This document shows, in pieces, positions 29,186 through 39,052 of a stretch of 44,704 nt of DNA. The stretch is from Caldisericaceae bacterium (GTDB lineage Bacteria; Caldisericota; Caldisericia; Caldisericales; Caldisericaceae): contig JBMFRX010000011.1 of NCBI GenBank assembly GCA_049967855.1, positions 1 to 44,704 on the forward strand. The letters are read 5' to 3'. Position 1 is the stretch's first letter, and the number at the start of each line of letters is the position of its first letter. Made by a program: the position numbers and the translations under genes. Under the pieces are notes generated by a model that was not told where the DNA came from, ran no database searches, and saw nothing but the letters and a program-made list of their open reading frames with translations.

Positions 29186-30385
29186 ATGGAAAGCGAAATA
29201 AAAAGTTTAGTGGAAAAGTACAATAGCGAAATAAAAGAATTTGCACAGGAAATTGTGCGTACCAAGTCTTACTCAGAACACGAAGGGGCTCTTGTAAAAT
29301 TGCTTGAATCAAAGATGAAAGAACTTGGTTTTGATGAAGTTATAATCGATAAAACAGGGAATATTATCGGAAGAATTGGCAATGGCAGTACCAAAATTAT
29401 GTATGATGCACATATCGATACTGTAGAAGCCGAAGACAGAGAAAACTGGCATTTTGACCCATTTGGTGGAGAAATAAAAGATGGTAGGCTCTACGGAAGA
29501 GGTTCAAGCGACGAAAAAGTGGCAATCGGCTGCATGATTTACGGTGCCAGAATCCTGAAGGAGATAGGCATTCCAGAAAATGTCTCACTGTACGTAATGG
29601 GTAGCGTGCAAGAAGAAAACTGCGATGGGCTCTCAATGACATATACTTTCAATGAGGTAATCAAACCTGACTTCGTTGTATTAGGAGAGCCTACAAGCCT
29701 CGATGTGTATAGGGGCCATAGGGGCAGGGTAGAACTTGAAATAACGGTCAAGGGCAAATCTGCTCATGCTGCTCACCCTGACAAAGGGGATAACGCAATA
29801 TACAAAATGGCAAAAACCATTGTGAATATTGAGAAATTAACCGAAACATTCAAAGAAGACGCATTTCTGGGCAAAGGCACTGCCGTTGTTTCTCACATTG
29901 AGTCGAAAGAATCTTCTATAAACTCTGTTCCGTACGAAGCTAAGATTTACATTGACAGAAGACTCACGAAAGGCGAAACAAAGGAAAGTGCAATAAAAGA
30001 GCTTGAAACAACCCTTGTTGACAAAGCAAATTCAGAAATCAAGGTTCTCAACTACGAAGCTGTCTCATGGAAAGGCAGAACAATATCCCAAGAGAAATAT
30101 TTCCCTACATGGGTATTAGAAGAAGATCATCCCCTTGTAAAGGCAGGATTTGAGGCAGCAAAAGAAGCAAGGAATGGTGAAGACGTCAAGATATCCCGCT
30201 GGATTTTTTCTACAAATGGAGTCACTTCGATGGGCAGGTTTCATATACCATCAATCGGCTTTGGGCCTGGCGATGAGTGGCTTGCCCACGCTGTAGACGA
30301 ATACGTAAGAGTAAGTGATCTTCCAAAAGCGACAGAATTTTATGCGCTTTTGCCATTAAGGCTTACCGAGGAACTAAATAAATAG
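29186..30385 (+). CDS. YgeY-like M20 family metallo-hydrolase/deacylase
   Basis: DAHIDTV, GRGSSDEK, VQEENCDG, YRGHRGR, GDNAIYKM, WIFSTNG, IGFGPG; next to a YgeW-like gene. Confidence 0.85.
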   Translation: MESEIKSLVEKYNSEIKEFAQEIVRTKSYSEHEGALVKLLESKMKELGFDEVIIDKTGNIIGRIGNGSTKIMYDAHIDTVEAEDRENWHFDPFGGEIKDGRLYGRGSSDEKVAIGCMIYGARILKEIGIPENVSLYVMGSVQEENCDGLSMTYTFNEVIKPDFVVLGEPTSLDVYRGHRGRVELEITVKGKSAHAAHPDKGDNAIYKMAKTIVNIEKLTETFKEDAFLGKGTAVVSHIESKESSINSVPYEAKIYIDRRLTKGETKESAIKELETTLVDKANSEIKVLNYEAVSWKGRTISQEKYFPTWVLEEDHPLVKAGFEAAKEARNGEDVKISRWIFSTNGVTSMGRFHIPSIGFGPGDEWLAHAVDEYVRVSDLPKATEFYALLPLRLTEELNK

Positions 30386-30394
30386 GAGGCGTAA

Positions 30395-31375
30395 ATGAAC
30401 ACAAAACTCAAAGGAAGAGATTTTCTTTCTACAAATGATTGGACTCTTGAAGAGCTTGAGCAAGTCCTAGATTTTTCTTTTGACTTGAAAAAGCAATTTG
30501 CCCTGGGTATTCCCCATAGATTACTTCAGGACAAGACTCTTTTTATGATCTTCAAAGACAAGTCAACTCGAACACGCAATTCAACAGAGGCAGCAATGAC
30601 TCAGCTTGGCGGACATGCTCATTATCTAACAGAAGAGGCAACTCAGATTTCTCATGGAGATACTGCAAAGGAGATGGGTATAATACTGTCAAGATACGGG
30701 CATGGCATAGCAATAAGAGACGATATTTATCTTGGTGTAGGACAAAAATATATGGAAGACATTGCAAAATGGGCAACCGTACCTGTAATAAACCTTGAAT
30801 CTGATTGGGATCATCCAATGCAAATGCTTGCAGATATTATGACTATAAAAGAGAAATTTAACAATGATATAAAGGGAAGGAAATTTGTAATTTCGTGGGC
30901 ATATGCCTCAAGCTATGCAAAGCCAATGGCAGTCCCGCAGGGTCTAATAATGATGATGCCTCGTTTTGGACTGAATGTTACTCTAGCAATGCCGAAAGAG
31001 TTTGAGGTTCTTCCTGAGGCAATGCAGATCGCTGAGCAAAACGCCAAAAACGCAGGGGTTAAATTTGAAGTAGTTCACGATATGGATGAAGCTTTTAAAG
31101 ATGCCGACATTGTCTACCCTAAGTCGTGGGGCCCTTATATCTTTACGAAGGATTTCAACGAAATGAAGGAAATTGGAAATAAATACAAAGACTGGATTGC
31201 AGATGAAAGAAGAATGAGTTTAACAAAAAAAGATTCAATATATATGCACTGCCTTCCTGCAGATAGAGGCTTTGAAGTTAGCGATTCTGTAATTGACGGC
31301 AGTCATTCAGTGGTTTATGATGAAGCAGAAAACAGGTTGCATACTGTAAAATCGGTTCTTGCACTCACTATGTAA
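30395..31375 (+). CDS. YgeW-like (ornithine carbamoyltransferase family) carbamoyltransferase
   Basis: STRTR, HPMQ, HCLPADRG; TQISHGDT, SWAYASSYAKPMAVPQG and YPKSW resemble the YgeW subfamily rather than ArgF/ArcB. Confidence 0.85.
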   Translation: MNTKLKGRDFLSTNDWTLEELEQVLDFSFDLKKQFALGIPHRLLQDKTLFMIFKDKSTRTRNSTEAAMTQLGGHAHYLTEEATQISHGDTAKEMGIILSRYGHGIAIRDDIYLGVGQKYMEDIAKWATVPVINLESDWDHPMQMLADIMTIKEKFNNDIKGRKFVISWAYASSYAKPMAVPQGLIMMMPRFGLNVTLAMPKEFEVLPEAMQIAEQNAKNAGVKFEVVHDMDEAFKDADIVYPKSWGPYIFTKDFNEMKEIGNKYKDWIADERRMSLTKKDSIYMHCLPADRGFEVSDSVIDGSHSVVYDEAENRLHTVKSVLALTM

Positions 31376-31384
31376 GAAATAACT

Positions 31385-31413
31385 AAAAGGGCTCCTCTAG
31401 AAAAAGGAGCCCT
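31385..31413. terminator. Intrinsic terminator between convergent genes
   Basis: Perfect 9-bp inverted repeat AGGGCTCCT/AGGAGCCCT; U-tract on the minus strand. Confidence 0.75.
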
Positions 31414-31428
31414 GAGACTTTCAAGTAA

Positions 31429-32412
31429 CTAATATCCAAATTCTGAAATTTTATTCTCTATTTCTTTACCCGCAATGAATCGGACAACATTTTCAACTGA
31501 ATCTTCCCAGACTTTCAATAGACTTTCCTCGGAATAACCGGCGGCATGTGAGCTCATAATTATATTATCGAGTTCCCAGAAAGGATATTTTGAAGGCATT
31601 GCATACTGCATAGGTGCTTGCGGATAACTCCACCAAGTATCTATTGCAGCCATTTTTAGAGTCTTGCTCTTGAGAGCATAAAAAAGGTCTTCTTCGTTCA
31701 CAACTGGTCCACGTCCGACATTAACAAAGTATTTACCAGACATTTTATCAAACACATTCCTATTAAACATATTCTTAGTCTCAGCTGTTAGAGGCAGTAC
31801 AGCCACAATAAATAAGGATTTTTCTATCGCAAGGAGCAAATCACTTGTACCGTACACTTCATCCACAAGTGGATAGGGTTGAGGGTTCCGCTTTACTCCA
31901 ATAACGTGCATCCCAAAACTTTTAGAAAACTCGGCAATTTTTTTCCCTATACTGCCAAGCCCTACTACACATAACGTCTTCCCATATAGCTCAATATTCG
32001 GCTCTCTGCCCATCCAACCGTGCCAATAACCCTTGCGAAGGTCTTTGTCGCTTCGTGCCAAATCTTTCGCAAGGGACAAAACCAGTCCAAAGGCATATTC
32101 CGCAACTGAAGTCGCATTAGAATGAACATTAGCAAGCATTATTCCTCTCTCGTTAAGGAGCTGAATATCAAACGAATCAACCCCAGCAAAAGGCACCTGA
32201 ATCATTTTCAAATTACCTGCAACCTCAAGCTCATGCTCAGTTATCGAAGACGAAATAATCGCAACCGCATCTTTCAAAACGTTCAATTTCTCTTCGTTAG
32301 TCTTAGGAATAACAAACTCCACATCCCCAGAAAAGCCCACTGTTGACCTTGCCTTATCTAACATTATTTCAAGGCTTCCAGGGTGGGGTACAAACACTCC
32401 AACTTTATTCAT
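31429..32412 (-). CDS. D-isomer specific 2-hydroxyacid dehydrogenase
   Basis: FAGVD, VAEYA, Rossmann GLGSIG, LPLTAET, NVGRG, AIDTW, SSHAAG. Confidence 0.93.
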   Translation of the reverse strand: MNKVGVFVPHPGSLEIMLDKARSTVGFSGDVEFVIPKTNEEKLNVLKDAVAIISSSITEHELEVAGNLKMIQVPFAGVDSFDIQLLNERGIMLANVHSNATSVAEYAFGLVLSLAKDLARSDKDLRKGYWHGWMGREPNIELYGKTLCVVGLGSIGKKIAEFSKSFGMHVIGVKRNPQPYPLVDEVYGTSDLLLAIEKSLFIVAVLPLTAETKNMFNRNVFDKMSGKYFVNVGRGPVVNEEDLFYALKSKTLKMAAIDTWWSYPQAPMQYAMPSKYPFWELDNIIMSSHAAGYSEESLLKVWEDSVENVVRFIAGKEIENKISEFGY

Positions 32413-32460
32413 TTTTCGCCTCCTTGATTTTTTTGATTACATTTCTATTATAATATAAGC

Positions 32461-33318
32461 GTGAAAAAGTTACTAATTTTAGTCATTGTAGCCTTAATTC
32501 TATTTTCAGGTTGCGGCAAGAGCGTTATTCAATCTCAACCAAAGTATGCTGCAACAATCCTTCCACTGTATGATGCGCTTTCAGAGATTGGAAAAGGAAA
32601 AATACAAGCAGTCCTTATTGTCCCTCCTGGAGCAAGTCCACACACATTTACAGTGACGCCTGAACAAATAAGAGAATTACAGGGAACTAAGGCAATATTT
32701 GAAAATGATTTTGGTCTAGAAGATTGGATAGGACAAATAGCAACAAATGTTAGCAACGCTAGCATTATAAAAGTGGGGGGTGCCTACCAGGAAGTAGTTA
32801 GCAGCCACAGCGGAAATCCTCACATATGGCTTAATCCAGAATACTTTGTTGGAGAAGCTCGAGTAATCGCTGATACACTTAAGGAACAAGACCCAAAAAA
32901 CGCAACTTTCTATGAGACAAATTTCCAGGAATATTCTGCACAGATTCTTGCAGTTGCACAACAGTTACGAGAACAATTAAAAGTTGTTAGCAATAGGAAT
33001 ATAATAAGTTTCCACGATGCATTCCCATACTTTGCAGAGTATTTTGGCCTAAATGTAGTTGGAAGCGTAGAGCCAATACCTGGCAAAGAGCCAACGCCAA
33101 AAGAAATAGCTTCACTTGAAAATACAATAAGAGAAAAAAGCGTCAAAGTAATTTTTAACGAGCCGCAAATGTCACCGTCTCTAGTTAACGCACTCGTGGA
33201 AGATACCGGTGTAAAAGTGCTTACGTTGGACCCTCTTGGCAATAACGACACACGCAATACTTATATCAAACTACTGGAATACGATATAGATGAAATAATG
33301 AAGGGACTGAATGGTTGA
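32461..33318 (+). CDS. znuA: Zn/Mn ABC transporter substrate-binding lipoprotein
   Basis: Lipobox FSGC, GASPH, NPHIWL, FHDAFPYF, LDPLG. Confidence 0.92.
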   Translation: MKKLLILVIVALILFSGCGKSVIQSQPKYAATILPLYDALSEIGKGKIQAVLIVPPGASPHTFTVTPEQIRELQGTKAIFENDFGLEDWIGQIATNVSNASIIKVGGAYQEVVSSHSGNPHIWLNPEYFVGEARVIADTLKEQDPKNATFYETNFQEYSAQILAVAQQLREQLKVVSNRNIISFHDAFPYFAEYFGLNVVGSVEPIPGKEPTPKEIASLENTIREKSVKVIFNEPQMSPSLVNALVEDTGVKVLTLDPLGNNDTRNTYIKLLEYDIDEIMKGLNG

Positions 33319-34093
33319 TAATGCAATTAGCGTAAGTGATCTTTCGGTAAGCTTTGGCAGCTTTGAAGCATTGCTTGACTTAACCTTCGAAATAAAAAAG
33401 GGTGAAATTGCAATAATAATTGGCCCAAACGGCGCAGGGAAGAGCACTCTGATAAGATCAATCTTGGGACTAGTACCACATAAGGGGACTGCACTTATTT
33501 TGGGCAAAAATCCAAAAGAGATGAACAGGAAGGATTGGGCAAGAGTTGGTTATGTGCCTCAAACAATTAATCTTCCAAAGGACTTCCCTTTTACTGTCAA
33601 TGAGTTGATTAGCTATTCTCAGAGCAAAAACCTGATCCCTGAATCTGAAAGGAAATTCAGAATCGAAAAGTTTTCCTCACTTGAACACATAAAGGATTTA
33701 AGACATAAACTCATAGGAGAGCTATCTGGAGGACAAATGCAGAGGGTGCTTATTGCAAGGTCACTCATTTTTCTGCCAGATGTAATGTTCCTTGATGAGC
33801 CACTTGCAGGTATAGATATTGAAGGAGAGAACACTTTTTACGAGTTCATTAACAATGTCAGGAACGAATATGGGATAACTTTTCTGCTAATTTCCCACGA
33901 CGTAACAGTCGTAAGCAAGCTCGCAGATAAGGTACTCTGTCTTAACAAGAGATTGTTTTGCTATGGCAAGCCTTCAGAAGTTCTCAATGAAGAAAAAATA
34001 AGAGAGCTTTATGGAGACAAGGTTGGTGTATTCAAGCACAAAACATGTCCACAAGATGGGCATTGCAACCTTTACAAAGAGGTCGACAAATGA
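33311..34093 (+). CDS. znuC: Zn/Mn ABC transporter ATP-binding protein
   Basis: GPNGAGKST, YVPQ, LSGGQMQR, LDEP, SHD. Confidence 0.93.
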   Translation: MVDNAISVSDLSVSFGSFEALLDLTFEIKKGEIAIIIGPNGAGKSTLIRSILGLVPHKGTALILGKNPKEMNRKDWARVGYVPQTINLPKDFPFTVNELISYSQSKNLIPESERKFRIEKFSSLEHIKDLRHKLIGELSGGQMQRVLIARSLIFLPDVMFLDEPLAGIDIEGENTFYEFINNVRNEYGITFLLISHDVTVVSKLADKVLCLNKRLFCYGKPSEVLNEEKIRELYGDKVGVFKHKTCPQDGHCNLYKEVDK

Positions 34094-34878
34094 TTTACCC
34101 ATTTCTTGTAAGAGCCTTCGCGTCAGGAGTCATAGTTGCTTTACTAAGTGCTTTTATCGGAGTATTTGTTGTTTTGAGACGAATGGCTTTCTTCGCACAC
34201 GCAGTAGCTCATGCATCATTAACTGGAGTTGCAATCGGCTTGGTAGCAAATAGCAACCCATTTGTATCAGCCATAGCCTTTGGTGCACTCACGGGTGTTT
34301 CTGTAGCTTATTTAATTGAAAAGTCAAAGCTTTTTGTTGATACAATTATAGGAGTGCTCTTGCCCTCTACAATGGCGCTTGGGCTCATAATAATAAGTTT
34401 TATAAGAAGTTACAAACCTGATTTGATGAGCTATTTATTTGGAGATATTCTCGCGGTGTCTACACAGGACGTTATTATAATTTCAATCATAGCCTTTGTT
34501 TCTTTTTTATTTATTTTGATTTTTTTCAACGAAATAACACTCGTATCTCTTGACGAAGAATGGGCCAAGGTGAGAGGACTCAATGTACGTCTCATAAATT
34601 ACATTTTCTATATTCTATTATCTCTCATAGTTGTTATAGGAACTAAAGTTGCAGGAATAATACTTGTATCTGCTTTAATTGTAATACCTCCTGCATCAGC
34701 GCAAAATGTTGCGCGAAGTTTTAAAGAGACAATGATACTCTCGGTCGTCTTTGGATTTGCAAGTGCTGTTTTTGGGACTTCTATTTCTTATATTCTTAAC
34801 ATTCCAACTGGTCCATCAATAGTTGCAATTTTATCTTTGATATTTTTGATTACAATACTATTTAGGAGGAAAAAATGA
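34090..34878 (+). CDS. znuB: Zn/Mn ABC transporter permease
   Basis: VVLRRMAFF.HAVAHASL.G, YLFGDIL, GIILVSAL; the ATG at 34090 overlaps the znuC stop (ATGA). Confidence 0.93.
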   Translation: MIYPFLVRAFASGVIVALLSAFIGVFVVLRRMAFFAHAVAHASLTGVAIGLVANSNPFVSAIAFGALTGVSVAYLIEKSKLFVDTIIGVLLPSTMALGLIIISFIRSYKPDLMSYLFGDILAVSTQDVIIISIIAFVSFLFILIFFNEITLVSLDEEWAKVRGLNVRLINYIFYILLSLIVVIGTKVAGIILVSALIVIPPASAQNVARSFKETMILSVVFGFASAVFGTSISYILNIPTGPSIVAILSLIFLITILFRRKK

Positions 34879-35756
34879 AAATCGCAACATTCGAAGCAGA
34901 AGACTACAAAAAGGTCGGAGTCTTTGTGGAAGGAAATCTTATTGATATTGACTTGTTATCTGAAGTGCTTTCACACGTTTTAAACAAAGAATTCCCTGCA
35001 ATATTAACGCTGGTCGATGCAATAAACGAATTCGACTCAATTAGTTCAATGATTAAGAAGGGACAGAGCACATTCAAGGATCTTTTTACAAAACTATTCG
35101 CAGTTCAAAACCCAAAGCTTGCAAGCCCTATTGATAGAGCTAACAAAATCATTTGTCTTGGTAAGAATTACGTCGAGCATGCAAAAGAAACTGGAAGCAA
35201 GCCACCAACGGAACCTATTATTTTTGGCAAATTCGCGGATTGTGTTATTGCTACTAACAAGGATATAGAGTATCCTAAATGGGCTAAAAGAATAGACCCA
35301 GAAGTTGAACTTGCAGTCATAATAGGAAAAACTGCATACGATGTGCCTATCTCGAAAGCTATGAGCTATGTTTTTGGGTACACTATATCAAATGATGTAA
35401 CTGAACGCGAAATACAGCACGAAGATGTTTCAAAAGGATACCCATGGCTTCGCTCAAAGAATTTTGATACTTCAATGCCGTTAGGTCCCTGGATTGTTAC
35501 TAAAGACGAAATCAAAGACCCACACAACCTCGTAATCGAACTATCCGTGAATGGGAAAGTGCGCCAAAAAGGCAACACCAAGGATATGATTTTTAAAGTT
35601 GATTATCTTGTGAGCTACATAAGCAAATATATGACCCTCTTCCCTGGAGACATCATATCAACGGGCACCGTTGCAGGAATTGCACCAATACAAAAAGGAG
35701 ACAAGGTTGTGTGCAAGCTAGAAAAAATTGGAGAACTTGTAAATAGAGTTGTTTAG
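34875..35756 (+). CDS. Fumarylacetoacetate hydrolase family protein
   Basis: KIICLGKNYVEH, EVELAVIIGK, NDVTER, KNFDT, PGDIISTGT. Confidence 0.94.
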   Translation: MKIATFEAEDYKKVGVFVEGNLIDIDLLSEVLSHVLNKEFPAILTLVDAINEFDSISSMIKKGQSTFKDLFTKLFAVQNPKLASPIDRANKIICLGKNYVEHAKETGSKPPTEPIIFGKFADCVIATNKDIEYPKWAKRIDPEVELAVIIGKTAYDVPISKAMSYVFGYTISNDVTEREIQHEDVSKGYPWLRSKNFDTSMPLGPWIVTKDEIKDPHNLVIELSVNGKVRQKGNTKDMIFKVDYLVSYISKYMTLFPGDIISTGTVAGIAPIQKGDKVVCKLEKIGELVNRVV

Positions 35757-35770
35757 CAAGGAGGCAAACA

Positions 35771-36061
35771 ATGGCAGGAAACATGTATGAAGAGCCGAAA
35801 GTAATCGGTGAAAAAGCACTTGACTTACACAGAGCAATTTCCTCTCTAATGGAGGAGCTCGAAGCAGTTGATTATTACAATCAAAGAGCTAATGCAACTA
35901 AGGATCCTGAGCTAAAGAAAGTCCTTGAGCACAATAGGGATGATGAAAAAGAACATGCTTCACTACTTGTTGAGTACATCAGGAGAGTTGATGAGAAATT
36001 CGGTAAAGAACTTAAAGAAAAACTCTTCACCAAGGAAAGTTTGGGAAAACTCGGCGATTAA
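35771..36061 (+). CDS. Encapsulated-ferritin (EncFtn/Flp)-like small ferritin-like protein
   Basis: LHRAISSLMEELEAVDYYNQR and HNRDDEKEHA signature; 96 aa; GGAGG SD. Confidence 0.88.
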   Translation: MAGNMYEEPKVIGEKALDLHRAISSLMEELEAVDYYNQRANATKDPELKKVLEHNRDDEKEHASLLVEYIRRVDEKFGKELKEKLFTKESLGKLGD

Positions 36062-36361
36062 TAACTTAGAGAATTTGAGGTTTATTAGTTCCTGCTGAAA
36101 TTAAACGCCAGCTATATTTAGGTTGAGCTTATTCTTTATTGCTTGCGCATTTAGATTCGGTTATTTAGATACCGACGAGGAATTATTATAAGGACAATCC
36201 TACGATACTACGTAAATGAGTCAATGGCAAGTAGCACATAAATGTTGTGCAGGCTGAAGTTTTCAGTTTGAAAGCAAATTCACACTAAGTGTTTATAGAG
36301 TATTGTAGAAACAAATTGCATATTTTGAATTATTTGATTAATAAGTATAATTATTGAGCTT

Positions 36362-37300
36362 ATGAAAAGAGTTGTAAATTTCATCGAAAATAATGTTTCT
36401 CTTGTGCTAAGCCTTGGAGTGCCATTGGGCTTAATATTCCCTTATTTCTCTTTCGTTAAGAACTATATGACTTATCTTTTGATGTTTGTGCTTTTTGTAA
36501 CTTTCCTCAAGATGGATATTGGTGATATATTCAAACACTTTAAGAAGCCTGTAATAATTGGCTACATTGTTTTAATCGACCTTATTGTTTCTCCAATAAT
36601 TGTCTTCTTTGGATTCAAAGTACTTAAGTTTGACAGTACATATCTTTCTGCTTTCTTGCTTTTTGCTGCACTTCCTGCAGGAGTTGCCTCTGCTGCAATG
36701 ACTGACCTCACGAAAGGAGATACACCTCTTGCGATACTGATAACAATACTCACACACTTTATAGCACCTATAACAATCCCTTTGCTATTTTATGTACTCC
36801 TAAGAAAAGTCGTTAATCTTGATTATCTAAGCGTTTCAATTACGATGGCAAAGCTTATATTTATACCACTTGCTGTTGCTTTGGTTTTTAAGAAGGCCTC
36901 TCCAAAAATATCACGGTTAATTGGTGACCAAAGCAAAATACTCACCGTCATACCACTGCTACTTATAGGAGTCACTGTAACATCGGTTAACTACAATTTC
37001 ATCATACACAACCCCTGGGATACCATCAAATACATCCTGCTAGCATACCCTGTTTACTTTTTCTTTATGATTAGCGGTTATTTGACTGCAGTTTTCTTGC
37101 CATTGAAAGAGCGAATCGCAGTGTCAAACACAAAGACCTTTAACAATGTAACAATAGGAATGGTGCTTGCAATGTCTTTTCTTGACCCAAAAGCAGCACT
37201 TATAATAACGCTTGCACAAATCCCCTGGTCAACTATGATAGTTCCTGCAGAGTTCCTGGCAAAACGCTCCTTCAAAACTCAGGACCAATCCTTGAATTGA
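36362..37300 (+). CDS. Bile acid:sodium symporter (BASS) family transporter
   Basis: About 9-10 hydrophobic segments; ALPAGVAS...LTKGD motif. Confidence 0.8.
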   Translation: MKRVVNFIENNVSLVLSLGVPLGLIFPYFSFVKNYMTYLLMFVLFVTFLKMDIGDIFKHFKKPVIIGYIVLIDLIVSPIIVFFGFKVLKFDSTYLSAFLLFAALPAGVASAAMTDLTKGDTPLAILITILTHFIAPITIPLLFYVLLRKVVNLDYLSVSITMAKLIFIPLAVALVFKKASPKISRLIGDQSKILTVIPLLLIGVTVTSVNYNFIIHNPWDTIKYILLAYPVYFFFMISGYLTAVFLPLKERIAVSNTKTFNNVTIGMVLAMSFLDPKAALIITLAQIPWSTMIVPAEFLAKRSFKTQDQSLN

Positions 37301-38958
37301 TTCCTTTTTCTTAAGTTCTCGTAAAATTTGTCCTTTTCTTTATACATTGCTTTATCTGCAATTGAAAGGAGTTCAACCAAGCTCACAGGCTTCTCAGGAT
37401 CAAAAACTGCGAATCCATAGCTTATTGAGATTTTATATGGTTTGGCGTTTGCTTCGTTGAATTCATTCAGTTCTGAGTCAATCCCAGCCATAACTTCAGT
37501 AGATTGATCGATATCCATTCCATTCAAGACAATAACAAACTCATCCCCGCCAAATCTAAATAAAAAAGAGGGCGCTGATACTCTCCCACTGAGGACTTTT
37601 GCAACGGTTTTTAAATACTCATCTCCCTCGGTGTGGCCGTAATTGTCGTTTATGCTTTTCAACCCATTTGCGTCTACGAAGCAAATTGTCAGCTTTTCTT
37701 TGCCCACAATGTTAATGATTGCATTATTTAGCATCTCTATGCCTTTCTGTTTGTTGAAAACTTGAGTTAAGCCATCTATGGTTGCAAGCTTCACTAATTG
37801 CTCTTTCATTTGAATCTCTTCGGTTATGTCTTCTGCCGAAGAAAGTATTCCTGCTATGTCCCCGCTTGCATTTTTCAATAGCGTGTTCTGCCATCGTAAG
37901 ACTCGCATTCCATTCTTAGTCACAACTGGATTTTCAAAATAGCTATTCAGAGGAACTTTTCCCTGAAGTGCTTCTAAGAAAACTTTTCTAGTCTGATTTC
38001 TACTATTTTCTGGGAGGAATTCTCTGAACCAATCCTTACCAAGGATTTCATCCTTTGGCAAACCTAGCAGTTCTCGGCCTTTCTTGTTTATGAGTACTAC
38101 TTTTCCGTCTATGTCAAGAACAAGAAAAATTACACCTGCATACTCGAGATAGTCCTTGAAATTCCTGTTTTCCATTTCAAGAGAAAAGAAAATATTCTCC
38201 ATAGGATTTTCCAGTAATTCTTTAACAAACGCTTTATAGAAAAAGTAGAAAGCCACGAACTTGAATATGTGACCCAACACATTGGAAATTCCGAAGACAC
38301 TCACATAAAAAGTAAAAAACAGCTCGCTCACAACAGTTGAAAATAAAGCCAGTAATAAGTAAGACAAGATATTCCTATCAAAAATCTTCCTATTCTGCCA
38401 AACAACAAAAGATGCTGCAATCAGGATTAAAGAAATAATATATTCACTGGTTTTCTTGAAAGCGGTCAACCCTGATCCTTCTATGTAGCAAACAGGGAAG
38501 ATTCTCCAAACAAAAATGGATAAAACGATTAGGGTAGTAACAGCAAAATATGCAAGAAATAGCAACCTCCTGTTAACTTTTCTTTTAATAAAAATCGGCG
38601 ATATAAGTATTGATAGGGCTTCAATGTATCGTGCGGCAATCCAAAGCTGGGTTGGAACATCAGCACTGATCCCTGGAAAGATATTCATCCCCTTGTAAGC
38701 AAGCGTATGCAAGAAATCCAGTAAAGCAATGAAAGTGAACGCATTTCCTAAGAACAAAAAATAGTCACTTCTTACGTACTTGCGATTGGTGTAAGATAAT
38801 ACGAAGATCAAAACCCCTACTATTATTGAAAATAACTCGACAGTTGTATGAAACAAAAGGAAATTAACTTGAGACACCCAAAAAGAAATTGCAATAACAG
38901 CAAGTAGAACAAAAACCTCGCCTGGATTCAAAATATTGGTTTTTCTTTCCTCAGCCAT
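37279..38958 (-). CDS. Diguanylate cyclase, MASE3-PAS-GGDEF
   Basis: MASE3 motifs FLLFHTTVELFS, LHTLAYKGM, TQLWIAARY; PAS region; DGLT, D.NGLKSINDNYGH.EGD, RFGGDEF; start could be 38958 or 38967. Confidence 0.93.
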   Translation of the reverse strand: MAEERKTNILNPGEVFVLLAVIAISFWVSQVNFLLFHTTVELFSIIVGVLIFVLSYTNRKYVRSDYFLFLGNAFTFIALLDFLHTLAYKGMNIFPGISADVPTQLWIAARYIEALSILISPIFIKRKVNRRLLFLAYFAVTTLIVLSIFVWRIFPVCYIEGSGLTAFKKTSEYIISLILIAASFVVWQNRKIFDRNILSYLLLALFSTVVSELFFTFYVSVFGISNVLGHIFKFVAFYFFYKAFVKELLENPMENIFFSLEMENRNFKDYLEYAGVIFLVLDIDGKVVLINKKGRELLGLPKDEILGKDWFREFLPENSRNQTRKVFLEALQGKVPLNSYFENPVVTKNGMRVLRWQNTLLKNASGDIAGILSSAEDITEEIQMKEQLVKLATIDGLTQVFNKQKGIEMLNNAIINIVGKEKLTICFVDANGLKSINDNYGHTEGDEYLKTVAKVLSGRVSAPSFLFRFGGDEFVIVLNGMDIDQSTEVMAGIDSELNEFNEANAKPYKISISYGFAVFDPEKPVSLVELLSIADKAMYKEKDKFYENLRKRNQFKDWS

Positions 38959-39005
38959 CTCAGTCAAATTTTACCATATGAGCTACAAAAAACAAAATGT
39001 GTTTC

Positions 39006-39033
39006 TTGCAAGAAACAGCCCTTTGAATATAAT
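39006..39033 (+). promoter_or_regulatory. Putative sigma70-type promoter of the SCIFF operon
   Basis: TTGCAA-16 nt-TATAAT, then GGAGGT SD and ATG at 39053. Confidence 0.55.
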
Positions 39034-39052
39034 AGTAACGGAGGTAATTATT

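Noticed and set aside
36062..36361. 300-nt intergenic gap with small hairpins (TCGGT..ACCGA, GCACA..TGTGC, CTGAA..TTCAG); possible sRNA or decayed encapsulin gene
   Set aside because: Stems are only about 5 bp, there is no recognisable RNA family motif, and the short frames I read showed no encapsulin-like peptide
38936..39052. N-terminal extension of the SCIFF ORF given by the track (93 aa)
   Set aside because: It spans the promoter and overlaps the divergent cyclase start; the SD and MKHIK leader fix the start at 39053
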